DNA of 64,000 bases from an uncultured virus (IMG/VR IMGVR_UViG_3300049491_001058). Taxonomy: Duplodnaviria; Heunggongvirae; Uroviricota; Caudoviricetes. The DNA is taken from the IMG/VR virus record IMGVR_UViG_3300049491_001058. The stretch is one strand, 5' to 3'. The notes beneath the pieces are model-generated. The model searched no databases and had not been told where the DNA came from. It saw only the letters and a program-made list of their open reading frames with translations. Made by a program: the position numbers and the translations under genes. Shown one piece after another: positions 55,274 through 64,000 of this stretch; position 1 is the first letter of the stretch; every line of letters begins with the position of its first letter.

Positions 55274-56926
55274 ATGGCGGCACCTATAACATCACTCGGG
55301 TTTGTCCCCGGACAGAACATTCTTCCTTCTAGGTTCTCCGACGCGGAGATCCAAGCGGCAGAACTCTTCGTGTCGCAGTATTTGACCGATCTGTTTCCGA
55401 CGATGGACTTCGTCAAAGGTTCTGTCCTCTACAATATGGTCGTCAGGCCGACGGCAATGATCTATCTGATTTGTCGCTCCGGATGGGACACGCTACGGAT
55501 CACCCAGTCACTTGCTGCGGTAATCAAGAATCCAGAACTTGCGTCCGATGAGATCGTTAACGCCATTCTGTCCAATTTCCAAATAACGAGACGTATCGGC
55601 TCGCTCTCGACAGGACGAGTGAAGATGGTTTTTTCCAAAGAAACCACCCAGACAATATCAACCTCTGTTGTCTTCAAGACCTCGGAGGGGCTAGAGTTCA
55701 AACCCTCATCGACATTTAGAATTATCTCAGAGCCAAAGGACCCAATGGACCTGAAGCTCGTTAACTCTGGTGTTGGGCAATACTACGCCATCGTTCCGGT
55801 TGTAGCGTCGAGCAGAGGTGCGGATTACCAAATTCGCGACGGCATCCCGCTTTTTACTTCTCTTTCTTCATCGTTCTTCGTTGCCGCCTCTTCCTTTGGG
55901 AATTTTGTTGGCGGCAGCGAAGACGAAACAAACGAGGCCCTGATCGCTAGATTGCCCGAGGCGATGGCTGTTAAAAATCTGTCATCACGCCTCTCAATCT
56001 CTTCTACCCTCAAGAGCGCCTTCAGTGACATCCTTGACGTAAGCACTCAAGGGGCAAGCTCTCCTGTTATGGCCAGGAACTCACATAACCTATTTGGGGT
56101 AAAAATGGGTGGATTTGCAGACATCTACATAAAGTCTGCCTCAGGCATACTGAATGGACAGGTGTCCCTAGCGGCCTCCTTGGTCGAGATTGTCGGAACA
56201 ACCAAGGCTGTTTATTTAGTGACCGTCGGCAAGGATCTTTTTCCTGGCCATTACTTCATCAACTCTGTCAAGTCGTCCGCAGAATCCATCAGCAGTTACT
56301 TTATCCAGTCTCAAGTAAAGAGCCTGGATGCCACGGACGGCTGGGGCAATATCATTCCAGAGAGCGAGGAGGGGGCTTATTCAGTTTACCAGGAATCAGC
56401 TGTCTACTTTGAGATCGACTACGATAGCTCCCTCGGAACCTCCCCAGGTGATCAATTCGAAAGCTCTATTACTGTCGCGGTAGAAGTGAGCTATGTTCAG
56501 GGGATCGGAGACATCCAAGCTCTGGTCTCTGACAGAGAGGAGGGGATTATCCTTGCTGACTACTTGGTGAAGGCGGCTGTGCCGTGCTTTATTACCCTTC
56601 CGACCATAACTGTCGAAGCCTCCTCCTATAGCAAGGCTGTTGAGGTAAGGCGGGCGATATACAACTACATCACAGGCTTGAGTATCGGTGACCAACTGAG
56701 ACTCGACGAAATGATTGTGAAAATAAAGTCGGTCGGAGAGGTAAAGTCGGTAAAACTTCCAATCTCTATCCGTGGCACCATTTTTTGTCCAAAAGGTGGA
56801 ACTCTGGATATTAGCAGCAATGGAGACCTGTCTGTTCCCTATCGTCCAGACCTTTTGGTGGTGGCTCAAAACACCACATTTTTCATCGAGCTTTCTGATA
56901 TAAATGTGGCAGTAATCCTTTCATGA
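55274..56926 (+). CDS. Baseplate J-like wedge protein
   Basis: DF.KGSVLY...TRRIGSLSTGRV...FKTSEGLEF...VPVVASSRG...GGSEDETNEALIAR. Confidence 0.75.
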   Translation: MAAPITSLGFVPGQNILPSRFSDAEIQAAELFVSQYLTDLFPTMDFVKGSVLYNMVVRPTAMIYLICRSGWDTLRITQSLAAVIKNPELASDEIVNAILSNFQITRRIGSLSTGRVKMVFSKETTQTISTSVVFKTSEGLEFKPSSTFRIISEPKDPMDLKLVNSGVGQYYAIVPVVASSRGADYQIRDGIPLFTSLSSSFFVAASSFGNFVGGSEDETNEALIARLPEAMAVKNLSSRLSISSTLKSAFSDILDVSTQGASSPVMARNSHNLFGVKMGGFADIYIKSASGILNGQVSLAASLVEIVGTTKAVYLVTVGKDLFPGHYFINSVKSSAESISSYFIQSQVKSLDATDGWGNIIPESEEGAYSVYQESAVYFEIDYDSSLGTSPGDQFESSITVAVEVSYVQGIGDIQALVSDREEGIILADYLVKAAVPCFITLPTITVEASSYSKAVEVRRAIYNYITGLSIGDQLRLDEMIVKIKSVGEVKSVKLPISIRGTIFCPKGGTLDISSNGDLSVPYRPDLLVVAQNTTFFIELSDINVAVILS

Positions 56927-58659
56927 CCGACCTGACAGACAAAGACTTCTTTGCCAACTTCCTTGGATCCTTTTGGACCCGCATCTTTGCGGACAAGGGG
57001 TTTACGGAAGGGATTGCATCCGTTTCTGTGTCAGAGATCGTTCAGTCATACCAGTCATTAGTGGAAGCGGTAAATCGCCTCTCGATAGATTCAATCAGAG
57101 CAACGTCTTCGAATCTTTTTCAACCAATCATCATAAGAAAAAGTCAATTCTCTACTGGCCCAGACGTCATGAAATATGGCAACGGGGCCGTGTTCGGTCC
57201 GCAGTTGGCCGGAGGAGCACTGAGAGAAGGAGTGACCTTTGCCTATGGTGGTCTAGAAAGAAGAACCGGAAATTTCTATACCGGACTGGAAAAAGAGGTT
57301 GTCGATATTGGTGAATCAATCACGAATGGACTTGTGGCTCCTTCTGTGACGATGATCCGCGGGATAGACTTTACTTTCAGCGATGGAATCCTGACCTTCA
57401 GAGATGACCCCTTCTTGAACCCGTTGATCTCATCCAGAAGTGTTTTCTCTGAGTCGTCCGGCGAAGACCTGGAGATTGTCTTATGGACGTCATCAGAAAG
57501 AAACAATGCGGAATTTGAAGACCAATTCGGGTTTGCTTCTGCAGGCGTCAGTCTGGGCAGCCCAAACTACTTCGAATCAACCAGATCATCCTTGAGAGCT
57601 ATCTCGGGAGGGCCAACCATTTCCTTGATTGATCATTTTATCGCCTCACTCATTGGGCTTCCATGCATAAGGTCAGACAAAGAAACCGTTCTCTCGATCG
57701 CGACGTTTGGATCTTGGACGATCGTAGCCACCGACCTTGACGTCTATAAAATCGATCAATCGCTCGAACTGAGAGACGTTGTCGTAGAGGGTACAACTCT
57801 AGAACTTGGGCACCCATTGACGACAGGAAGCGTCGTATTCAATCACCAAGAAAACCCTTCATGGTGGACGGCAATCGAGGGCTTGGTTCTGAGTGAGACT
57901 TTTTTCAATATCGACTTCAAGTCCGCTCTTGGATTCATGAATACATCCTCGGAGGTGACCCTTTCATCTCCTGAGCAGTCGCCGGACGACACAGAATGGA
58001 GATCGGCAAAATTCTTCATCGCTGGACAAGAAGGCGACGTAGATTTGTTCTGGTCAAAAGCCAGAAGCTTTGGATTGAGCAATGGACTGCCTATTGGAAA
58101 CGCTATCTATAAATACCTCGGCGTCGTAGATGAGAACGGAGACGCGGATTTCACCAAAACAGTCATCCTGAATCCTTTGCAGTTTATTGCGGAGAATGTG
58201 TTCAACTCTGGAGCCATAATTGTTAAAGTTCAGTCGTCGACAGCTCTATCCCTTGAAAACTTCTTCCGTGGAGTAGGAATACTGGAGAAGATCATTCCGG
58301 CCTATCTAGGTTTGATTGTGATCATAGATGTCTCAGTCAACGATGAGGTCTTTTTCCAAAGAGCGGACGGGCAAGGGGCGGAGCCGCTAGAGATGGATCT
58401 TGCTTCCACCAGAGATGTTTTCAGAGGCAGCACTGAGTCGTTTCCATCGGATGTTTCTGGCTTATGGACAGAGACGAGTGATGATGGTGAGCCGCTGACA
58501 AAGTGCCCAGAGGCGATTTCGATGGACTGGTCACCGGATGCAGGAAAAGAAACCATTTCCTTTGGAAGTAGTTCGGAAAATGCGCTAGCCTATGGGGCAT
58601 CAACTAAAGTGTGTGTCGAGTTTATAGAATCAGCCAACATCATAACATGCAAGCAATAG
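56923..58659 (+). CDS. Baseplate wedge protein, putative
   Basis: 578 aa after the J-like gene; LGSFW, GGPT...I...IGLP and IIPAY motifs. Confidence 0.5.
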   Translation: MTDLTDKDFFANFLGSFWTRIFADKGFTEGIASVSVSEIVQSYQSLVEAVNRLSIDSIRATSSNLFQPIIIRKSQFSTGPDVMKYGNGAVFGPQLAGGALREGVTFAYGGLERRTGNFYTGLEKEVVDIGESITNGLVAPSVTMIRGIDFTFSDGILTFRDDPFLNPLISSRSVFSESSGEDLEIVLWTSSERNNAEFEDQFGFASAGVSLGSPNYFESTRSSLRAISGGPTISLIDHFIASLIGLPCIRSDKETVLSIATFGSWTIVATDLDVYKIDQSLELRDVVVEGTTLELGHPLTTGSVVFNHQENPSWWTAIEGLVLSETFFNIDFKSALGFMNTSSEVTLSSPEQSPDDTEWRSAKFFIAGQEGDVDLFWSKARSFGLSNGLPIGNAIYKYLGVVDENGDADFTKTVILNPLQFIAENVFNSGAIIVKVQSSTALSLENFFRGVGILEKIIPAYLGLIVIIDVSVNDEVFFQRADGQGAEPLEMDLASTRDVFRGSTESFPSDVSGLWTETSDDGEPLTKCPEAISMDWSPDAGKETISFGSSSENALAYGASTKVCVEFIESANIITCKQ

Positions 58660-59225
58660 GAGAAGTCGTTGGTTGCTATACCAATATAAAGACAGGCAAG
58701 GAGATTCAGTTCTTCAGGCAGAAGAACCTCATTATGTATGAGGCCGCCGATATCATGGCTGGCCTGCTTTCGGGAGATAGCCGATTCTTCCCCTCCCACA
58801 TGTATTTCGTTTACGAGAATACGGATGGGGGAATTACCTCTCCACCAGCCATCACAAGAGCTGACGGCAAGAGTTATTTCTCCTCCATCTCCGGATCAGA
58901 CCCCGCTCAAGATTGGCTTCGGGTACCTATCACTACTCGCCCAAGAGTTTCTGTGATCGGAGAGGATTACTCAGGTAACGCGGTGACCTTCGCCGCATCT
59001 AGCGCTTCAAGCGATTCGCTGGCAGGAGAGTCTCCAGAAAAAAACTACTTTTCAGCAAGTGGCGACAACGGCCCTTCGAAAGTTTTTTCTCTTGCCCTCG
59101 TGGCGGCTACGAATCCCAACACAAAAGCGGAAGACAAAATCTTTAGCCGACTCAGCTTGTCGACTCCAATGACAATCCTTGCAGGACATCACCTAACCTT
59201 TTACTGGATAATCAAATTTAACTAA
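58647..59225 (+). CDS. Baseplate/fibre-attachment protein, putative
   Basis: ATG 58647; KNLIM...IFSRL...LTFYWIIKF pattern. Confidence 0.5.
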   Translation: MQAIGEVVGCYTNIKTGKEIQFFRQKNLIMYEAADIMAGLLSGDSRFFPSHMYFVYENTDGGITSPPAITRADGKSYFSSISGSDPAQDWLRVPITTRPRVSVIGEDYSGNAVTFAASSASSDSLAGESPEKNYFSASGDNGPSKVFSLALVAATNPNTKAEDKIFSRLSLSTPMTILAGHHLTFYWIIKFN

Positions 59226-61477
59226 TGAGCAACCCATGGAATAGCACAGTCACCCCTGTCGCCGATGGGGAGCTTGTAAATGCCGAAGTTTCTGGACGCC
59301 CGATTTATCAGTTGGCTCGGCAAGCCAGAAACCTGAAGGATCGTGTCGAAGAGTTGTCAACGGGCTCCGGACGGCTTGTTTATGAGAACGCCCCCCTAGG
59401 CGAGGGAGTTATCGTCCTGGATGTGGTCTATTTTGACACCAGCGAAGGGAAATTTCTTCCAGCGCTCGCTGAAGTGGTTTTGGATGCAAACGGCAAAACG
59501 GTTTGCGGTCCAAGATCGCTCGCTGTTGGGGTCGTGATTTCGAAAGAGTCGGCCGTGGTTGGCTCAATACTCCAGCTTGGCAGACTTGATTTTGCTGACG
59601 AGGGGTTTGATCCGGCCGATATGATTGCTGACCCAATCACAGAAGGCTTTACGCCGGGTAAGTTTTACCTTTCACAGAAGGTTCCTGGTAAGATAACTGC
59701 AGCACCAGTTATGCCAGCTATTCAGGTTGGGTTCTTCACGGACACAGAATGCAGTGTCTCTGTTGTCCATAAGGACATCTTCGAGTCTCATCACCACTAT
59801 CGCTACTCGCTCGACGCAAAGCCTTCTGCTAGTCAGAACTATGCCGGCACCGGGTGGACCACTTTCGGCCTCTCTTCCGAAGGAGACATAAAGGCTGTGG
59901 ATTATTATAGCGAAGGGGCGGAGGTGACTCCTCCTCAAATCATTATGTGTATCCGTCACCCTGGCGGGAACCAAATTTTCGAAGACGAGCCTGCGAGATT
60001 TGAAATCTACAACGATGACCTCGGAAATTTGGCTATCGACAGAGTGAGTGGCGGGATTGACATCACTGATCCGGAAAGCGCCGGGACCGAAACCTTGACC
60101 GGCTCCATTGTTTGGCCGGAATATGGTGAGTGGGTGAGCGCGGGCTTCGATTCAGGACTCGAGATCGCCTTTATCAGAGCTGATGCTGATTACACAAACT
60201 CTCTTGCGGATGATGCCGCAACGCTCTTGGACAGCGAGGATAAAAAGTTTCGAGTTTTCCTGCCAAACGATCTGACTGGGTGGACAAACGCAAATACCTT
60301 TGATCTCACTTATTCAAGTGGTGCCATCTACAAGTATCTGATGGCAGAAAACCTGGAACTGTTTTCGGTCTTTCCTCCCTTACCTCTGTCATCAGCAATT
60401 ATCGAGCTCAATGGATCATCCATGGTTCCTGGTATTGATTTTGACGTAACTCTTTCTGGAGTTTTTTGGAGACTCGGGACATTCACTCCTGTCGATTACG
60501 CGCCATGGCCGTCTGACTATAGCGTCGTCTCTCCTTCAGAAATGACGCCGGAAAACGCCAAAAATCTCACGCTCTATTTTATCAAGAGTGGAATGGAAGC
60601 GCTGAACTCTGTGGTCTTTAGTCTGACAGGGATTAGCCCGATCAAAATTACTCGATGCCCATCCGGAGAAGATGCGTCCACTGGTCACCTGCAGATCTCA
60701 ATTGACTTGGGTCTGCTCATGTCGACCGCTACTCCACTGAACTCAGAGACTGCGATCTCGTCTGTCTCTGGGGTAAGTTTCATAAAAAGCCTTTCCGTTT
60801 CAGAGCTTGTGGAGGGCGCTGGCATAAAGATCGACAACATCACTGATGGGGCAACCATTCCTGGCAAAAAGGTTGGCAAGGTTAGAATCTCTTCGAGACC
60901 GTCAAGGTTCGAGGGAGAGGTTTACTCAATTGCATTGAGAAATGCAAAAGAGATGATCTCTTCGTTTGCCACCTATATCGACTTCATCCCGACGGCGGAA
61001 GGTTCATCAGGGATAACGGCTCAGTTTAAGCTTCCAAACCTAGACATCAGTTTAGCTCAAATTAAACTGCGAGTATTGTCAAGAATGAGGGGGAGCGTCG
61101 CTGTAGCTGAAGCTTCGGCTGTCCAGACAGGTATCTTCAAGGTTACTTACCACGCGATGAGGCCATCCTTCAGGATGTCTGAAATGAACGAAGGTAACGC
61201 TATTGCTGTTCAGTATTGGACAGCAAGCTTCCCGGCTGGGTATTTGCCGTCAACAATCTTGTCGGGAGAGATCCCTATCGACTCGAACGACGACACTGCT
61301 TTCGAGATAAACTCGACAACAATAAACACAGACTCCTTGGTCTTTCTGAGCGGCGGCTTTGTTCCTGGTGACCAGATCGTTATGGTCATTGATCGAGTAA
61401 ATGAAGACGGAGACGGCAATATCGCTAGCTATCCAGGCAGAATTGGAATGACAGGACTGAGATGGGAGCTTCGCTAA
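59225..61477 (+). CDS. Tail fibre/baseplate structural protein, putative
   Basis: 750 aa; DGELVNAEVSGRPIYQLA N-terminus; VYF...ALA...AVGVV...G.FYLSQ..PGKIT domain. Confidence 0.5.
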   Translation: MSNPWNSTVTPVADGELVNAEVSGRPIYQLARQARNLKDRVEELSTGSGRLVYENAPLGEGVIVLDVVYFDTSEGKFLPALAEVVLDANGKTVCGPRSLAVGVVISKESAVVGSILQLGRLDFADEGFDPADMIADPITEGFTPGKFYLSQKVPGKITAAPVMPAIQVGFFTDTECSVSVVHKDIFESHHHYRYSLDAKPSASQNYAGTGWTTFGLSSEGDIKAVDYYSEGAEVTPPQIIMCIRHPGGNQIFEDEPARFEIYNDDLGNLAIDRVSGGIDITDPESAGTETLTGSIVWPEYGEWVSAGFDSGLEIAFIRADADYTNSLADDAATLLDSEDKKFRVFLPNDLTGWTNANTFDLTYSSGAIYKYLMAENLELFSVFPPLPLSSAIIELNGSSMVPGIDFDVTLSGVFWRLGTFTPVDYAPWPSDYSVVSPSEMTPENAKNLTLYFIKSGMEALNSVVFSLTGISPIKITRCPSGEDASTGHLQISIDLGLLMSTATPLNSETAISSVSGVSFIKSLSVSELVEGAGIKIDNITDGATIPGKKVGKVRISSRPSRFEGEVYSIALRNAKEMISSFATYIDFIPTAEGSSGITAQFKLPNLDISLAQIKLRVLSRMRGSVAVAEASAVQTGIFKVTYHAMRPSFRMSEMNEGNAIAVQYWTASFPAGYLPSTILSGEIPIDSNDDTAFEINSTTINTDSLVFLSGGFVPGDQIVMVIDRVNEDGDGNIASYPGRIGMTGLRWELR

Positions 61478-61480
61478 AAA

Positions 61481-62389
61481 ATGAATTCTGTTTTCCCTGA
61501 TTGGCTAAATGCGAATTCCGGCAGAGCTTATCCTCTGTCGGAAAGCGGATCTTTGACGGACACGACGGGCGGAATAAAGATCCCCAACTCGCTGATTGTT
61601 GCTGCACAGATAAACATGCTGCCTTCTTATGCTGAGGGAACCTTCTTTATTCGGTCGATCGAGGCTTCCTTAACTCTTGTAGGTATTACGGTTGGATACG
61701 TCACTGGAGCTACCGAAAGAAACGTTGCGACAGTTTCTGTGCCCGTCAGCACTCATTCCGAAAACACAACCTATCCGTTTGTGGGAGCAGGAGACGACTC
61801 GACAGTTCTTGGCTCTATCACAATCGGAAGGCTTGAGGACACAATCGCCTCTGTTCCGGGTGCGATCTTTTTTTCTCCGTTGGCTACAAGTTTTGAAGTA
61901 AGTGCTCTGTTTGTTTCGTCTCCAGCACTTGAGGCGGTGGAGATATATAATGGCAGCTCCTTATTCAAGCGGTTCGAGTCAATCCTAAAGCTCAGGGCTG
62001 GAGAAAATCTTCGAATCAGCTACGTGGATGGAGACGTGAACACCATCAGGATTGATGCGATCTCTGGGGAGAATTTAGTAAAGCCGTCTGATTGTGAAAA
62101 TGCGACACCCTTGCCGGAATGTATTCGGACAATCAATGGCCAGTCGGCTGACGAAGATGGGAACTTTGAGATAGACGGAGGCAAATGTATTGAACTTAAA
62201 ACAGAGCCGGGACTGATTACGCTAAAGGATATGTGTTCGCAGTCGTGCTGCGGATGCACAGAGCTTGAGGCACTTCTGTCTAGCCTTAGTCAAGTTGAGT
62301 CACAGATCCTCCAGCTTAGATCGCAAATAAGCACAACCGTCACTCAGCAAAACCTGATGATCACGAACTTGGTTTCTAACCTTCAGTGA
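61481..62389 (+). CDS. Structural protein with WLxxN-R-YP and CCGC motifs
   Basis: DWLNANSGRAYPL; TINGQSADEDGNF; CSQSCCGC followed by a coiled coil. Confidence 0.6.
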   Translation: MNSVFPDWLNANSGRAYPLSESGSLTDTTGGIKIPNSLIVAAQINMLPSYAEGTFFIRSIEASLTLVGITVGYVTGATERNVATVSVPVSTHSENTTYPFVGAGDDSTVLGSITIGRLEDTIASVPGAIFFSPLATSFEVSALFVSSPALEAVEIYNGSSLFKRFESILKLRAGENLRISYVDGDVNTIRIDAISGENLVKPSDCENATPLPECIRTINGQSADEDGNFEIDGGKCIELKTEPGLITLKDMCSQSCCGCTELEALLSSLSQVESQILQLRSQISTTVTQQNLMITNLVSNLQ

Positions 62390-63939
62390 ACACTTTTCAA
62401 CAAGAATGGCAAACAGGAAACTCGACCACCGGTTTTCCCTTTTTGGATAGATCCGCGGAGTCTTCGTTACCAAAAGACTTCATCGTTGATCTGCGTCTAT
62501 TTCTGACCGGCACTCAGGTTGTTCAAGCTTACTTGTCGGGACTCTCCTATGATGACTCTCTCGACAACTATGTATTGCAGTTCTCGGAGCTTGTAGGGCA
62601 TAGTGTTGTTTTATCTGGAACAGTATCCAGACTTAGCGGGTCAGACACAAGAGTTGGATCAAAATCGAGCATATCGAGCGGTCCGAAGGTTTGCCTTTTT
62701 ACCCCAGGGGCCTCGTGGGATAACCCCACATGGGGTGGGGTGGGGTCGTGGTCTCTGAGTTTTCTCCCAACAGAAACAGAGCTGTCATCGGAGGTTGTTA
62801 ATCCTGGACCTTCGACCTTTCGTCGAATATTTATTGATGGTCAGGTCCCCAGCGAAGAGGAGTGGCCAAGAGGTGGCACTCAAAAGATCGTCGCAGGGTA
62901 CAACATCAATTTCGGAAACAGCAAAGGTCGAACAGTTAACTCCGCTTCTGGAGTGGTTGATATAGAAGCCTTCGGCGGTGCCGGAGAAGGGTATCCACCA
63001 GAAGTTAAGGTGGAGGTCAATTATTTAACCTCTATTGGTGGGGTCAAGCCAAGTAAAAACGGCAACGTCACAATTGACGGCTTTGACTGTTTAAGAGTTT
63101 CACAGCCAAAGTCTGATATCGGGCCGATTCCGCACACGCTTCAAATCGTCAGCGACTGCCTGCCTTGTTGCGGGTGCTCTGATTATTTAAACACATCCAG
63201 GGCTATCGGGCGTAGATCAGCAAAACTCAAAGATCTTTGTGATACGCTTCAGGCAATCCTGAGTAGCTCTGCGCTGGCCTACAATATTGGGGTGGAAGAG
63301 ATCAACAAAAGAAGGAAGCCTCTTGTTATTGTAAGAAACGTCAGGGCTCTAGGATCAAGCATCGCCTTTTCTGTGCAAAACATGACCGATATCCCGGTTT
63401 TTGCGTACGTAGCTTTTAGGGTGAGTCGCACTGAATACGCTCTTGGTCCGGCAGAGTCAGACATGTCAAATATCGTAGCCATCGGGTCGAGCCCTTTTGT
63501 CGGAACTCTTTCTGATGCTATTATAGCTCACAAAGAAACATTGATGGATCTTCCTTTTGATATCTCGGAGAGACCGCTTGCCGGGATTCCATCAACCAAT
63601 TTCGAAGATGAGGATGCCTACTTTCTGTTCTGTGTCGGGGAGAAAAAGAACTCTGTTGAGTTTTATCCAATATCCCCAGGAACCCTCGTAGAGTGTCGGA
63701 TTGTTTTCCCAGAGAGGGCTGCGGCAATGGCTCTTGCTACAGGAACAAGCGGATCTGTTGCGGCGGCCCTTCCAGAGGTGTCGTTTTCGTCCATAGCTGT
63801 GTATGGGGCATCAAAGTCGTTTCCGTGTTCAGCAGACAAGCATGAGGTGAAGGTTGTTGAAAACGACGACACCCCAGACGAGTTTGAGGACTGTGACCGT
63901 CCATTTGCGAATGACTTCAAAACGGTTCTTGTTGTATGA
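62386..63939 (+). CDS. Paralogous structural protein with CCGC motif
   Basis: EWQTGNSTTGFPF; SIGGVKPSKNGNV; CLPCCGC. Confidence 0.6.
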   Translation: MNTFQQEWQTGNSTTGFPFLDRSAESSLPKDFIVDLRLFLTGTQVVQAYLSGLSYDDSLDNYVLQFSELVGHSVVLSGTVSRLSGSDTRVGSKSSISSGPKVCLFTPGASWDNPTWGGVGSWSLSFLPTETELSSEVVNPGPSTFRRIFIDGQVPSEEEWPRGGTQKIVAGYNINFGNSKGRTVNSASGVVDIEAFGGAGEGYPPEVKVEVNYLTSIGGVKPSKNGNVTIDGFDCLRVSQPKSDIGPIPHTLQIVSDCLPCCGCSDYLNTSRAIGRRSAKLKDLCDTLQAILSSSALAYNIGVEEINKRRKPLVIVRNVRALGSSIAFSVQNMTDIPVFAYVAFRVSRTEYALGPAESDMSNIVAIGSSPFVGTLSDAIIAHKETLMDLPFDISERPLAGIPSTNFEDEDAYFLFCVGEKKNSVEFYPISPGTLVECRIVFPERAAAMALATGTSGSVAAALPEVSFSSIAVYGASKSFPCSADKHEVKVVENDDTPDEFEDCDRPFANDFKTVLVV

Positions 63940-64000
63940 GCACCACAAACCATGGATGGCTAACCAGAAATTCTTTGAGAAGCTTCCCGGTCAGAGAGGG
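63936..64000 (+). CDS. Start of a further paralogue (3'-truncated)
   Basis: ATGA overlap; MSTTNHGWLTRNSLRSFPVRE repeats the WLxxNxxRxFP motif. Confidence 0.55.
   Translation, partial: MSTTNHGWLTRNSLRSFPVRE

Noticed and set aside
41425..58659. Type VI secretion system, eCIS or tailocin
   Set aside because: Capsid, prohead protease, scaffold and neck genes are adjacent, so this is a complete phage morphogenesis region
164..63953. Numerous minus-strand and nested ORFs in the ORF track (e.g. 32423-33175, 19822-20529, 17756-18412)
   Set aside because: They shadow longer + strand genes, have no recognisable motifs, and all promoters and terminators noticed face +
1..64000. Alternative genetic code (stop-codon reassignment)
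   Set aside because: Code 11 gives near-complete coding density and TAA, TAG and TGA all end genes at sensible boundaries; the break at 3842 needs a frameshift, not readthrough
1..64000. CRISPR array, tRNA genes, diversity-generating retroelement, terminase or portal
   Set aside because: No spaced repeats, cloverleaf, reverse transcriptase or terminase motifs were recognised by eye; a divergent portal among the hypothetical ORFs cannot be excluded

Overview
64 kb, almost entirely + strand, densely coding segment of a large (probably jumbo-type) contractile-tailed phage genome, read in standard code 11. Left half (1-34 kb): a cluster of Gly/Ala-rich, probably virion-internal proteins that are punctuated by K-x-A motifs and carry glycine-zipper membrane helices. 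One of them is a polyvalent polyprotein with P-loop kinase, HAD phosphatase, caspase-like and InPase modules. Interleaved with this cluster is a bacterial-type multisubunit RNA polymerase cut into three genes: beta-N, a beta-C/beta'-N fusion carrying an intein, and beta'-C. A holin-like gene and a membrane PAS sensor gene also lie here. Right half: intein-containing prohead protease, scaffold-like proteins, head decoration protein, major capsid protein, neck proteins, sheath, tube, spike, tail chaperone with a -1 slippery site, tape measure, baseplate and fibre-like genes. A sigma-70-family factor is embedded in the baseplate cluster. No terminase, portal, tRNA or CRISPR array was recognised. 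All calls come from motif recognition by eye; no database searches were run.
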